Shown here in pieces: positions 21,343-31,457 of a stretch of DNA of 64,000 nucleotides. The notes beneath the pieces were generated by a model. It had not been told where the DNA came from. It saw only the letters and a list, made by a program, of their open reading frames with translations, and made no database searches. The number at the start of each line of letters is the position of its first letter. Position 1 is the first letter of the stretch. The position numbers and the translations under genes were made by a program. Origin of the DNA: a virus (lineage: Duplodnaviria; Heunggongvirae; Uroviricota; Caudoviricetes); the IMG/VR virus record IMGVR_UViG_3300045988_158256, one strand, 5' to 3'.

Positions 21343-21921
21343 ATGTTGCGCTTTACTGAGGAAGAGTTTCAGGCTTTTAGTGAGCGTCGAAATAAGGGGC
21401 GGTCCAGGCCAAAAACCAAAAAGGATCCATTCTTATCGCTTGCGCCGGTAAAAGAAGTTTCTCCACATGCGAAGGCACTTGCAGCACTTGCAAAGAACCC
21501 AGACCTGCGCGACGGAAATTGCGAGCACTTCGAGCAGGTTTTCATTTTTGATTACTTCGAACGCAAGCACCCTGACATCTATGAGCTGTTGCATGCAACG
21601 CCTAACGGAGGGAAACGTTCAAAAGCAACCGCCGGGAAAATGAAGGCTGAAGGGCAGAAAAAAGGTTATCCGGACATGAGTCTCGATAAAGCATGCGGTA
21701 TTTATCACGGCATGCGAATTGAGCTTAAAGAACCAAATGGTAAAGCCCCGACGAAAGAGCAGATCGCCTGGATGCGCAGGCTTAGAGAGGAAGGCTACTA
21801 CGTTGTTCTTGCGTATGGTGCAGAACAAGCGATTACCGCCATCCTGGAATACATAAGTCTTAAAAAGGGTGAGGCTATTGAGCATGTATTGAACGGCGAT
21901 AAGTGGTTGCATGCTGCTTAA
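21343..21921 (+). CDS. VRR-NUC domain nuclease
   Basis: 192 aa; HATPNGG ... KGYPDMSL ... GMRIELKEPNGKAPTKEQIAW ... GYYVVLAY matches VRR-NUC (PD-(D/E)xK) signature. Confidence 0.6.
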   Translation: MLRFTEEEFQAFSERRNKGRSRPKTKKDPFLSLAPVKEVSPHAKALAALAKNPDLRDGNCEHFEQVFIFDYFERKHPDIYELLHATPNGGKRSKATAGKMKAEGQKKGYPDMSLDKACGIYHGMRIELKEPNGKAPTKEQIAWMRRLREEGYYVVLAYGAEQAITAILEYISLKKGEAIEHVLNGDKWLHAA

Positions 21922-22084
21922 AATAATAAATTAATTAGTGCATGTATGCTCTTTGTGGTAGTGCACTTTAACATCGGGAGAATAATCGTGTCATCCAAGG
22001 TTAATTATGAGTCGCTGGCATCGGTCATGCCGCGTAATGAACAGGAAACAGATGCTGTAGTGGACCCTGTAATCGCTGAAATGA

Positions 22085-22747
22085 ATGCTCGCCTGGAGGC
22101 TGAATTTGCAGCTGAGAATGAACATACCACCCAGGGCGACTAGGACTGTTTTTTGTGTCGGTAGCGGTCCGTCACTCACTCGTGAGGACTGTGCTGCTAT
22201 AGAAAAAACTGGCTGTTCAATCATCGCGGTTAACAATTCCTGGCAGATGTTCGATGACATTTATGCCTTATACGCCGGTGATTTGTCATGGTGGAAGCAA
22301 TACGGATCCACCATACCGGGAGGGAGATTCCGCAAAGTGACAGCCAACATGGCGGCGGCGAAATCATTTTCGTTGGAGTACAGGCGATATTGTGGACCGG
22401 CGGAAGGGGTAAATAGCGGCGCGCAGGCTATCAGTCTGGCTGCTGAATCAGGGGCTGAAGTAGTGGTATTAGTCGGCTATGACTGTTCTCTGCAAAACGG
22501 CCTTCATTGGCATGGCGCGCACCCTCAAGCACTACGGAATCCAACGCAGGTGTCTATTTCAAAATGGCAACAGCAGTTCCTGGATACCCGCAAAAAACAC
22601 GCAGATTTACATATTTTGAATGCAAGTAGGAGCAGTGCAATTCAATGTTTCCCAAGAATAAATTTAGAGGCAGTGATCGCGTTATTATCGTCGGCAGTGG
22701 CCCAAGCGCCGCAAACTTTGTTGCGCCGCGCGGAGTGCCGATTATAG
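22085..22747 (+). CDS. hypothetical protein, paralogue 1 (Gly-rich loop VGSGPS ... IIAVNN)
   Basis: ORF track; start uncertain (22085 or 22118); 3-prime end overlaps paralogue 2 by 103 nt in another frame. Confidence 0.4.
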   Translation: MLAWRLNLQLRMNIPPRATRTVFCVGSGPSLTREDCAAIEKTGCSIIAVNNSWQMFDDIYALYAGDLSWWKQYGSTIPGGRFRKVTANMAAAKSFSLEYRRYCGPAEGVNSGAQAISLAAESGAEVVVLVGYDCSLQNGLHWHGAHPQALRNPTQVSISKWQQQFLDTRKKHADLHILNASRSSAIQCFPRINLEAVIALLSSAVAQAPQTLLRRAECRL

Positions 22748-23271
22748 CGGTCAATGGGGCCATCGACTGGCTTAACCGCGCTTCTTATTTTTTCACCCTT
22801 GATCCATCCCCAGACAATATGCGGCGCGTTGGTCGTGGCCGCCGTCGCCGTGGTGTTTGTTATTGCATGGCACTACCCGATGTTAAAGAACGTGAAGTCA
22901 GAGATGGCGTTCTGTGCTTCCGTCGTGTGGCTGAACGCGGCATGGAGCCAAAAAATACGAATTCTCCCGAGTGGTGGGCGTGGCGCTGGTCCGCACATTT
23001 CGGCCTTTGCGAAGATGAGAATGAAATTGCCAGCGGCAATAGTGCATATGGTGCTCTGAACCTGGCTTTCCATATCGGATTCAAACATGTAGCTCTGGTG
23101 GGCGTTGACGCTACGCAAGAACTACGCGTTCACTCCGGCGGCACGCCAAAAAATCTAAGTCACCTGCCTTTGTTATTCCAGTCTGCGCGTGAACAGATTG
23201 ACGTTGTTTCATGCGGGAAAATGGGAGGTATTCCGCAGATGACTCTTAAAGAATGGCTGAAGAATACATGA
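22645..23271 (+). CDS. hypothetical protein, paralogue 2 (IIVGSGPS ... IIAVNG)
   Basis: 208 aa; N-terminal motif paralogous to preceding ORF. Confidence 0.45.
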   Translation: MFPKNKFRGSDRVIIVGSGPSAANFVAPRGVPIIAVNGAIDWLNRASYFFTLDPSPDNMRRVGRGRRRRGVCYCMALPDVKEREVRDGVLCFRRVAERGMEPKNTNSPEWWAWRWSAHFGLCEDENEIASGNSAYGALNLAFHIGFKHVALVGVDATQELRVHSGGTPKNLSHLPLLFQSAREQIDVVSCGKMGGIPQMTLKEWLKNT

Positions 23272-23945
23272 TGGCACCCACAATTTATCACCGTATCGAC
23301 GGTACCAAATACAGGAATGTCTGGGTTGTTGGTGATCTGCATGGTTGCTACACCAGACTGATGTCCGAACTCCATCGTGTGGATTTTGACCCGGCGCAGG
23401 ATTTACTGATATCGGTCGGCGACCTTATCGATCGCGGTACTGAAAATGTCGAATGTCTGGAACTATTGCAGATGCCCTGGTTCAGGGCAGTGATGGGGAA
23501 CCATGAGCGGCTGATGATTGATGCGTTAAGTCCAGATGGCAACGTGAATAACTGGCTAATGAATGGCGGACAATGGTTCTTCATGCTGGACACTGATCAG
23601 GAAATATTAGCCTGGGCGCTGGTGGAGCTGGTAAAGCGTCTGCCCTATATCATTGAGTTGAACACGGGGCAAGAAACTATCGTTATAGCCCATGCCGACT
23701 ATCCGGATAATGAATACCAATTCGGTAAGGAGGTGCCGCTTTTCAACGTTGTCTGGGCGCGCGAGCGTATCAGTGATTCGATGGATGATATTGGTGGCGA
23801 AATTTCGGGCGCAGATCGTTTTATCTTTGGTCACACTCCGGTGAAAAGCCCGAAGACATTCTGGAATCAGCAGTATATCGACACTGGTGCCGTATTTTGC
23901 GGAAACCTGACATTGATGAAAGTGAAAGGTGATGGTGCAGCATGA
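23253..23945 (+). CDS. ppp: Ser/Thr protein phosphatase (lambda-PPase family)
   Basis: GDLHG, GDLIDRG, GNHE metallophosphatase motifs. Confidence 0.8.
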   Translation: MAEEYMMAPTIYHRIDGTKYRNVWVVGDLHGCYTRLMSELHRVDFDPAQDLLISVGDLIDRGTENVECLELLQMPWFRAVMGNHERLMIDALSPDGNVNNWLMNGGQWFFMLDTDQEILAWALVELVKRLPYIIELNTGQETIVIAHADYPDNEYQFGKEVPLFNVVWARERISDSMDDIGGEISGADRFIFGHTPVKSPKTFWNQQYIDTGAVFCGNLTLMKVKGDGAA

Positions 23946-24643
23946 AGATTGCTTTAGTTTTTCGCTCTGGTGGTGACTATAACGCTTCCGATGTGCAGTG
24001 GCTGGTTAATCAACTGCCAAAAGGCTATGAAATTATTTGCCTGACAGACCTGAAGCGTTTACATGTACCTGGCGTCAAAGTTGTCCCATTGATCAACCAG
24101 TGGCAAAAGTGCCGTGGCTGGTGGGCGAAAATCGAGTTGTTCCGACCGGATATAACCGATGATCTGTTCTATCTGGATTTGGACACGGTTATTGCCGGTG
24201 ATATACGCCCAATCCTAGAGCATCCACCAACCAGCTTCACCATGCTTAGGGATTTTTACCATCCACAATATCGTGGCAGCGGTGCCCTGTGGATACCAAA
24301 TAGTGTTAAAGCGCATATCTGGAGTTCATTCTGGCAAGATCCGGAAGGTTGGATTTCTCGTTGTGTCACTACTGAGTGCTGGGGTGACCAGGGGTTCTTA
24401 CGAAAGGTTATGGGCGATGATACACCAGCATTTCAGGATCTGTATCCAGGATGGTTTGTAAGTTACAAGGCCGATGTTGTGGAACCTGGTTCAAAATATG
24501 CGAGCGCGCGTTACTCCAGGGGGAATGGGGCATTACCAAAAGACTGCCGAATAATCTTTTTCCACGGCAAACCGCGACCTCGCGAAGTGTCAGAGGATTG
24601 GCTTCCCCTTATCAGCTCATTTTTTGAGCGAGAATCAGAATAA
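23942..24643 (+). CDS. hypothetical protein with DxD-type motif
   Basis: 233 aa; [10 protein letters not shown]; overlaps ppp stop (ATGA). Confidence 0.4.
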   Translation: MKIALVFRSGGDYNASDVQWLVNQLPKGYEIICLTDLKRLHVPGVKVVPLINQWQKCRGWWAKIELFRPDITDDLFYLDLDTVIAGDIRPILEHPPTSFTMLRDFYHPQYRGSGALWIPNSVKAHIWSSFWQDPEGWISRCVTTECWGDQGFLRKVMGDDTPAFQDLYPGWFVSYKADVVEPGSKYASARYSRGNGALPKDCRIIFFHGKPRPREVSEDWLPLISSFFERESE

Positions 24644-24644
24644 T

Positions 24645-24661
24645 ATTGCTCTAATAATTCC
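24645..24661 (+). promoter_or_regulatory. C1 operator-like site
   Basis: ATTGCTCTAATAATTCC, 14/17. Confidence 0.5.
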
Positions 24662-24670
24662 ATATTTTTA

Positions 24671-24700
24671 AAACGTGATGTACACTCATCACGTTTTTTA
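24671..24700 (+). terminator. rho-independent terminator
   Basis: AAACGTGATG-tacact-CATCACGTTT hairpin followed by T-run. Confidence 0.65.
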
Positions 24701-24710
24701 TTAGAGCAAT
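24694..24710 (-). promoter_or_regulatory. C1 operator-like site (inverted)
   Basis: Reverse complement ATTGCTCTAATAAAAAA, 14/17. Confidence 0.45.
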
Positions 24711-24724
24711 CTACAAGGTGCACT

Positions 24725-24943
24725 ATGTGGCCATTCCGACGGAAATATCACTACTGGCTGATCGCCTTTGTTACGCCGACCGGCGGTATCAGGCATGTCA
24801 TCACCAGGTATCGCAACAAGAGACTCACCTTAGCCAGAATTTTACAGGCTGCCATAGGTGAGGGACTGGATACAAATTGCGTAGTCCTTCCTCCTTCATA
24901 CTTAGGAAAAATGACCGAAGCACAAGCTAATACGGAACTTTGA
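24725..24943 (+). CDS. hypothetical small protein
   Basis: 72 aa, AAGGTG SD, stop overlaps next start. Confidence 0.3.
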   Translation: MWPFRRKYHYWLIAFVTPTGGIRHVITRYRNKRLTLARILQAAIGEGLDTNCVVLPPSYLGKMTEAQANTEL

Positions 24944-24944
24944 A

Positions 24945-26207
24945 ATGAGCACTTCAGCACAAAACCAATCAATCGAAAATGTATCTATCCCTGACGTCCT
25001 GAATGCCGGTATCCCGGCCATTATCCAGAACATCCGGGCCGCGCAACGCCGCGTTAGTTGTGATGACCTCACAGCGCGTTTTTTTGATAATGCGGTTCAG
25101 TCAGCGGAGATGCTTCACGCACAGCTTATTGATGTTTATAACGCAGAAGCTGATAGCCATAACTCCCTGGTAGATGCAGCTGAAAATATGCAGTTGGATC
25201 TCGGTCTGAAGGGTAAAGAAATTGAAGAGCTTCAGCTACAAATTGAACATTTGAAACGCCAGCAACAGGACGCGATCGACGATGCGACGCATGACGCCAA
25301 CCAGCGTGCTGATAATGCCGAACGTATAAGCATTGAGCTGGAAACAAAACTCAATGAAATGACCGCGATGGTTGAACTGCGGAACTCACAGATTTCAACG
25401 CTAAAATCTCAATATAAAGAGATCATGAAACTTGATCCTTTTAACCTTGAGAAACGCTATAACAAAGCTAAAAGCGAGCGACAGGAACTGCGTAAGCAGG
25501 TCGCCGACCTTAACCAACAGCTCAAAAAAACTATTAAAGATGCAAGCGAAGCGCGCGTGGCATTTGCTAATAAAAAAGCAGAGGTTACCGCGCTGGTTAA
25601 TGAGAATGCCAAATTTGCGACGCTCAAGAAGGAAATGTATGGCATTACTGAGCGCCGTTTCCCTGCAAGCAAACTTCATCCGACGTTAGGGCAAATCTCC
25701 TTCTTCCCGCGCCTCCTGGCTTATGGGATCTCATCGCCTAAAGAGTTCAATAACGAGCGTCCTTATATCGTTTCTAAGCTGGACTTTGCTTATCAGTTCT
25801 GCTGCGACATGGGCTATGCCATTGATATCCGAATCAACGAATGGTTGATGCCAAACTTCCAGCCGCTGGCCATTTTCCGCGAGTTCCAGCCGGAAGGTTG
25901 GGTAGAGTTCTTCCATGAATTGATCTGTAAAGAGATGGAAAGCCGCCGCCCGGAACTGGTCCGTCGAGTTGAGTGGGCGCAAGAGGTTATGTTGGCAGAG
26001 GCAGAGCTGCCGTTCGAACCGGAATTTATTGATGATCTGGCAGCTAAAGGGCTGCATACCCTGTTTGATGTGGTTACCCGCCGTCATGAGCAGTTGGTTG
26101 TCGAATTGGGTTTAGAGGAAACAGCGGCAAGAAGACTTCTCGATGTTTGCTATGCACGTAGCGATGCATGGGAAAAAGAGAACGGCGGCACTATTTACGT
26201 TCGCTGA
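24945..26207 (+). CDS. hypothetical coiled-coil protein
   Basis: 420-aa ORF with central heptad-rich segment. Confidence 0.5.
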   Translation: MSTSAQNQSIENVSIPDVLNAGIPAIIQNIRAAQRRVSCDDLTARFFDNAVQSAEMLHAQLIDVYNAEADSHNSLVDAAENMQLDLGLKGKEIEELQLQIEHLKRQQQDAIDDATHDANQRADNAERISIELETKLNEMTAMVELRNSQISTLKSQYKEIMKLDPFNLEKRYNKAKSERQELRKQVADLNQQLKKTIKDASEARVAFANKKAEVTALVNENAKFATLKKEMYGITERRFPASKLHPTLGQISFFPRLLAYGISSPKEFNNERPYIVSKLDFAYQFCCDMGYAIDIRINEWLMPNFQPLAIFREFQPEGWVEFFHELICKEMESRRPELVRRVEWAQEVMLAEAELPFEPEFIDDLAAKGLHTLFDVVTRRHEQLVVELGLEETAARRLLDVCYARSDAWEKENGGTIYVR

Positions 26208-26229
26208 CAGTTACAGTGTCACTTTTAAT

Positions 26230-26260
26230 GCTGGTGGAGTGCGCCCACCAGCATTTTTTT
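26230..26260 (+). terminator. rho-independent terminator
   Basis: GCTGGTGG-agtgcgc-CCACCAGC followed by T7. Confidence 0.7.
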
Positions 26261-26279
26261 CGTCCAATGAGGAGGGCAT

Positions 26280-26786
26280 TTGAGTATTTTCAATAAACAC
26301 GCACACCAGGAATGTCCGTATATCGTCATAGTTGATATTGATGGAACAATATCAGAGGCAACTGAAGACAGACTGCATTTGCTTCCGCCACCAGGTAAAG
26401 GTGCATTAACAAAGGACTGGAACGAGTTTAATCTCGCCTGTGACACTGATACTCCCATAACTCCAGTTATTGATATTGTGCGCCAGTTATTTAACGTTTA
26501 CACGGTCTGGTTTGTAACCGGGCGCTGTGAGATCGCAAGGGATAAAACACGAGCCTGGCTGCGGAAGTACGTAACAAACGGGGCTGAGCCTTTGCTATCT
26601 ATGCGTCCTGCCACCGATGACAGAAATGACGGCCCAGCAAAGATTGATCTCCTTAAGAAAATTGGTCTAAGTAAAATCGCGTTCGCGCTGGAAGATAAGA
26701 TTGAAGTGGCGCGTGTTTTCAGGAGGCACGGCGTGCTTACGTTAATGGTCAGGGAGTATGAAAACGCGCTTTTCCATCAACAATAA
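26280..26786 (+). CDS. HAD-superfamily phosphatase-like protein
   Basis: 168 aa; motif I IVIVDIDGT. Confidence 0.45.
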   Translation: MSIFNKHAHQECPYIVIVDIDGTISEATEDRLHLLPPPGKGALTKDWNEFNLACDTDTPITPVIDIVRQLFNVYTVWFVTGRCEIARDKTRAWLRKYVTNGAEPLLSMRPATDDRNDGPAKIDLLKKIGLSKIAFALEDKIEVARVFRRHGVLTLMVREYENALFHQQ

Positions 26787-26802
26787 TTGCTATAATAAAT
26801 AT
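26786..26802 (+). promoter_or_regulatory. C1 operator-like site
   Basis: ATTGCTATAATAAATAT, 15/17, contains TATAAT. Confidence 0.5.
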
Positions 26803-26884
26803 TGATTTTTAAAACAGAGAAAGTGAAAATAAAAACATGCCGCAAGGCGCGGCATGTATCCAATCAATCACAGGAGCTGAAAAT

Positions 26885-26971
26885 ATGAACACGGCATTCA
26901 AAATCATTATGGCCGCGATCTATTTCTGGCTGTTCTCTATCACTTTTGGCGGCATCGTCGCACATGGGTAA
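26885..26971 (+). CDS. 28-aa hydrophobic peptide
   Basis: MNTAFKIIMAAIYFWLFSITFGGIVAHG with AGGAG SD; not in ORF track. Confidence 0.3.
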   Translation: MNTAFKIIMAAIYFWLFSITFGGIVAHG

Positions 26972-26980
26972 GGGGGATGC

Positions 26981-27562
26981 ATGAAAGGCGAAGTGAAAGA
27001 GCGCGGCATGATTTTTAACGATGAGATGGTCCGGGCAATTCTTGGCGGGAATAAAACACAGACTCGCAGGATTGTTGAAGAAAAATTCTATGGACGGGCA
27101 GTGGCCGCAGAGTTGCTTGCCAAGCATTGTCCATATGGTCAACCGGGCGATCGTATTTGGGTTCGCGAAACCTACCGGGTACATGGCAAAGCGACGGACG
27201 TCGCAACGCTGGTTTATCGCGCAAGCGTGCGTAACTCCTGGACAGAACAAACGCACCGGGTTCCGGTCGAGGTTTGTAATAAACCAGTATCAGAAAAGTG
27301 GACGCCATCAATTCACATGCCGCGCTGGGCATCGCGCATTCTTCTGGAAATTACCAACGTGCGCGTTGAGCGGTTGAACGATATCAGCGAATGCGATGCA
27401 AGGGCTGAGGGCGCACCAACAGAATCGACCCTCATTGGCGATAAGCATTACCCAGGTTTCCGTAGCCTATGGAAATCAATTTATGGCGAAGATAGTTGGA
27501 ACGCTAATCCTTGGGTGTGGGTAATAGAGTTTGAGCGTATTCAGGGGGCAACCAGTGAGTGA
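26981..27562 (+). CDS. ASCH/PUA-like domain protein
   Basis: 193 aa; AILGGNKTQTRR and GDRIWVRETY motifs. Confidence 0.45.
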   Translation: MKGEVKERGMIFNDEMVRAILGGNKTQTRRIVEEKFYGRAVAAELLAKHCPYGQPGDRIWVRETYRVHGKATDVATLVYRASVRNSWTEQTHRVPVEVCNKPVSEKWTPSIHMPRWASRILLEITNVRVERLNDISECDARAEGAPTESTLIGDKHYPGFRSLWKSIYGEDSWNANPWVWVIEFERIQGATSE

Positions 27563-27807
27563 GTCAAAATGCCAAATTAATGGCAACAAGATAGAACCGT
27601 GCGCGGCGTTGGCACAATCCCTGGAGCATGACGCTGAATACACGACGCGAAAAGGTCTGCTGAAATACAAAATCTATAACCATGAATTAATTCATTCACA
27701 AGACCTGATCATGCTGCGGTCTGGTGAATTTTCTAAATCGCCTATTCGAGTTTCATTTTGCCCGTTCTGTGGTGAAAGTCTGAAAACGTGGGAAGCGGAG
27801 GCAACCA

Positions 27808-28452
27808 GTGAATAACCGCTTTTACATGATGTGCTTGCGTGAAACTGTGGGTAATAACGCCTCATTCCATTGCCATAACGGCAATGGTTACAGTTCTGAT
27901 ATCGATCGCGCTCATGTTTACACGCTGGAAGAAGCCCAAAAAGCCTGGAATTGTGGACGAGATATCGATCAGCCTGTTTGCGCTGATAGCGTGGATGCAA
28001 TGGCTGTGTGGCACGTTGATTGCCAGTACATTCCCACAGAAAGCCTGATTGAGTCAGATTGCACTGCGTATGTGGCCTACAAAAAAGGTAGCTGGAACGG
28101 CAACGATGTTTACTGGCTTCAACACGGTGGATTGCCAACAGATGACTTCAGTAAAGCGACCATCTTTAGCGTCGCCAACAAAAACGAACCAGGAATAGTT
28201 TGGTTGCCATTTTCCATTGCTGATGCAGCAAAGCGTCGGACGTTCAATATCAATAACTTTAACCGCAGAACAATGGTTCAGGGCGCAGGTTTGGTCATGC
28301 CTGACTGGTTGAAAGAGCAGAACAGAAGAAAGAAGTCGCGAAGCGGGAAGGTGCGTTGGAATTGTCCGCATTGCGGAAAAATAACCTGGCAGTACAGCCC
28401 ATATGATTTTGAAGGCTGTAGTGATTACAACTGTGAAGGATGGCGAGAATGA
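27808..28452 (+). CDS. hypothetical Cys-rich protein
   Basis: 214-aa ORF with CPHCG ... C-terminal Cys pairs. Confidence 0.4.
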   Translation: MNNRFYMMCLRETVGNNASFHCHNGNGYSSDIDRAHVYTLEEAQKAWNCGRDIDQPVCADSVDAMAVWHVDCQYIPTESLIESDCTAYVAYKKGSWNGNDVYWLQHGGLPTDDFSKATIFSVANKNEPGIVWLPFSIADAAKRRTFNINNFNRRTMVQGAGLVMPDWLKEQNRRKKSRSGKVRWNCPHCGKITWQYSPYDFEGCSDYNCEGWRE

Positions 28453-29198
28453 CAATTGACTATCAGGCACTGCGTGAGGCGGCAGAGCGTGCAATTCCGG
28501 CAATGGAACGCCTGTTAATGTTGCCAGTTGATGATGATTTGTTAACTGAACAGGAACTTAAGGATTACGGTGTGGATATTGATGCGCTCAACGCCTTCAA
28601 ATTTCTGACCGGACCAGAAACCGTGCTAGCACTACTGGATGAACGGGAAAGAAACCAGCAATACATAAAACGCCGCGACCAGGAGAACGAGGATATTGCG
28701 CTAACGGTAGGGAAGCTGAGAGTTGAGCTTGAGGAAGTAAAACAACACGCTGAAGAATTATCCGAAACCAAGGCTGTTCGTAACCAATGGCGGCCAGATC
28801 TTTGCCCAATAACCGGACGTGCATTTTTCATGTGGATTGAGCATCCAACATTGGGAAATGTGCCGACATATGGTGGCCCATTAGATAGTTACACCATTCC
28901 AACAAAGGACGGTGACGGTGAGTTTTCATGTGAGCGTTACGATCATGATTTTGGCGGTTGGGTAGAAAGCGAATGTCTTGGGTTATATCTGATTGATGAT
29001 AGAGAACAATGCAGGGTCTACGAACTGGAGGAACGCGTTAAGGAACTGGATGCTCGGGAAATATCGCTCCCGGAACGTAGCAGCATGCTTCATCGAACAG
29101 ATTTTCACGATGATTACCAAACGGTAATGGCATACAAAGTTTCTGAAGTCATCGATGCAATCCGCGCCGCAGGCATTCGCATCAAAGGAGGTGAGTAA
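28440..29198 (+). CDS. hypothetical protein
   Basis: 252-aa ORF. Confidence 0.4.
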   Translation: MARMTIDYQALREAAERAIPAMERLLMLPVDDDLLTEQELKDYGVDIDALNAFKFLTGPETVLALLDERERNQQYIKRRDQENEDIALTVGKLRVELEEVKQHAEELSETKAVRNQWRPDLCPITGRAFFMWIEHPTLGNVPTYGGPLDSYTIPTKDGDGEFSCERYDHDFGGWVESECLGLYLIDDREQCRVYELEERVKELDAREISLPERSSMLHRTDFHDDYQTVMAYKVSEVIDAIRAAGIRIKGGE

Positions 29199-29560
29199 TG
29201 CGTGTGGCATGTATCGGCTTGTTACCGTACCCGACTCGTTTTTGGGCTTCTGCGCTAATTGCAAAGCCGTATGTCCTGATGGCTGACAACATCATCCCGG
29301 CACCAAAGCGCCGCCATACCGGTATTGCAGCGGCACGACGAGCAGCAAAGAGACGCAGGAGAGCAAAGCGATGAAAAACCGTAAAGCAAAGATTCTGTTA
29401 GTTCGTAGAAACGCTCCTGGCGTCTGGCAGTGGGTGAGACTCAGCAACCGACGGATGGGGTTAATGAAACATTACGGGATGATGGATTGTGGTTTTTGCA
29501 AAAAGCCCAGCGCGGCGCAAAACCGCTGGAAAAACCACTTGCGCACTAAAGGAGAGTGAT

Positions 29561-29770
29561 ATGGCTATCGCTGCAAGTTACACCATGCATCTCTATTGTG
29601 ATTGCCTCCAGTGTACAGATGGCAAATATAAGTCGCCAGACTTCGGTGAGTATATAGGTACGTCATGGGCTGGCTGTGCAAAAGAGGCGCGCAAGGATGG
29701 CTGGCGAATAAGCAAAGACAAAACGCGTGCTTTTGCGCCCGGGCATAAAGTTTTGAGGATTAACAAATGA
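29561..29770 (+). CDS. small Cys-rich protein
   Basis: 69 aa from internal Met with AAGGAG SD; LYCDCLQC motif. Confidence 0.3.
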   Translation: MAIAASYTMHLYCDCLQCTDGKYKSPDFGEYIGTSWAGCAKEARKDGWRISKDKTRAFAPGHKVLRINK

Positions 29771-30963
29771 CCACTATAACCAAAGAGCGACTGCTGACAA
29801 TCAAGCAGTGGCGCGAAACATACGGACCGGGTAGCAACGTTGTACTGCCAGCAGAAGAAGCGGAAGAACTGGCACGGATTGCTCTGGCATCGCTGGAAGC
29901 AAAACCAATAGGTGCATTCCACATTGCAGAACAGCAAGTTGACGGCACAAGTGACTACCTCAAGGATGGAGAATGGCCTATTGATAATGGAATTATTGAG
30001 GTCTACGCCGCTCCCCCCGTTCCAGTAGTACCGGAAGAAAAACCAATGCCTAATCCTCTTAGCATGTACGCGGTTGATGCTGTTGCCGCTATTGCAGAGG
30101 TGAGAGGCTGGAACGCCTGCCGCGCCGCCATGCTTCAGTCCGGAAACTTTCGGGAAAATAAGAATTCGTCAACCAATAATTTTCGGGAAATCGCGGAAAC
30201 GTCAACCAACTATCCGGTAATTCCTAGTGAAGTGTTGTCCGCAATCCTGAAGGTTGCCAAGATTCGTGCCGATTTCGATGATTTTGACGGTGACAGGCGA
30301 GGTATCGGTGATTGTCTGGATGAGGCTGAGCAAGAGCTTATCGTTACCATTAACAAATATGCCAGTCAGTTGGCAGCAGAACCGATAGCGACTAATGACG
30401 TTCGAGAGCAAACAGCCGTTCCGCCAGTTCCTGTAATACAGGCTGATGTCGCGCAGGCAATTGAAAAACTCAAACGGAAATTAGTGGAATGCAATCGCTA
30501 TAACTACTGCGCAGATGCAGTTAAGGGCGTTGAGTATGCCTGCCACGCTGCCATGCTTCAGGGTAGCCAACCTGTAAGCCAAACTTACAAGTTTCCAGTT
30601 AATACACCTTGCCAGGATGCGCCAGCCCATATCTGGCTGCAAACAGCTGGAGTATGGCCAGAAGATGGCGAGTTAAGCGAATTAACGTGGTGCAGCCACA
30701 ATCAGCACCATGATGACACGCTATATGTTCGAGCTGACTTGGTAAATGGCAATTCTCAGGTAACTCCGGATGGTTGGATAAGCTGTAGTGAGCGAATGCC
30801 CGCTCAAGATGATTGGATTTTAATTTATTCAAAGCACGGTGAGTATATGGCAGGACAGGTGCAAGGGGAATACGTGGAGTTGAGCGACGGCACTTTATCC
30901 TGGTTAGGGAACGCCTTGTTCTGGATGCTGCTACCAGAACCTCCCCAGGAGGCAGGTCAATGA
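29767..30963 (+). CDS. hypothetical protein with DUF551-like C-terminus
   Basis: 398 aa; C-terminal WISCSERMP ... WMLLPEPP typical of DUF551. Confidence 0.45.
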   Translation: MTTITKERLLTIKQWRETYGPGSNVVLPAEEAEELARIALASLEAKPIGAFHIAEQQVDGTSDYLKDGEWPIDNGIIEVYAAPPVPVVPEEKPMPNPLSMYAVDAVAAIAEVRGWNACRAAMLQSGNFRENKNSSTNNFREIAETSTNYPVIPSEVLSAILKVAKIRADFDDFDGDRRGIGDCLDEAEQELIVTINKYASQLAAEPIATNDVREQTAVPPVPVIQADVAQAIEKLKRKLVECNRYNYCADAVKGVEYACHAAMLQGSQPVSQTYKFPVNTPCQDAPAHIWLQTAGVWPEDGELSELTWCSHNQHHDDTLYVRADLVNGNSQVTPDGWISCSERMPAQDDWILIYSKHGEYMAGQVQGEYVELSDGTLSWLGNALFWMLLPEPPQEAGQ

Positions 30964-31043
30964 GCTGGCCTGAAGCATTCGCAACGGTAGGAATTGTGAT
31001 GGCGGCAGCACTGGGTTTGTATTCAATTTGTCGCTGGTGGTAA
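30960..31043 (+). CDS. 27-aa hydrophobic peptide
   Basis: MSWPEAFATVGIVMAAALGLYSICRWW; strong AGGAGG SD; ATGA overlap with upstream stop. Confidence 0.3.
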   Translation: MSWPEAFATVGIVMAAALGLYSICRWW

Positions 31044-31045
31044 CG

Positions 31046-31279
31046 ATGGGGAAATTAACTTTTGTAGTCGAATTTGAGGATGGTAAAGAGCCACCTGTTA
31101 GCGCCAATCTTGATGTTGCTGGTGGAAGGCTTGTTTCGGTTCTATTTGGTGACTACCGAGATGACTTCTTCCAACCAGAAGAAGTTGATGTAGTGCGAGA
31201 GGCATTAAACGAGTTAAGTGTTGACAACGATGATGCTCATGCGGAAATCATCCAAAAAATGGAACTGCTAACTCACTAA
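31046..31279 (+). CDS. hypothetical acidic small protein
   Basis: 77 aa from ATG at 31046. Confidence 0.35.
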   Translation: MGKLTFVVEFEDGKEPPVSANLDVAGGRLVSVLFGDYRDDFFQPEEVDVVREALNELSVDNDDAHAEIIQKMELLTH

Positions 31280-31327
31280 ATTATCAATTATGGTGCTATA
31301 ACCTACGACACCGAGAGAAAATTTATA

Positions 31328-31450
31328 ATGTCAAAAGTAAATGTTTTGATTTTTTCAGCAATTGTTGGCTTTGGTTTTACTGCCGGAGTGCAGATTTATA
31401 TTACGTGGGAAAAAATCATCAACTACGCATGGAGTTGTTTTATTAAGTGA
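31328..31450 (+). CDS. 40-aa hydrophobic peptide
   Basis: MSKVNVLIFSAIVGFGFTAGVQIYITWEKIINYAWSCFIK; not in ORF track. Confidence 0.25.
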   Translation: MSKVNVLIFSAIVGFGFTAGVQIYITWEKIINYAWSCFIK

Positions 31451-31457
31451 GGTAAGT

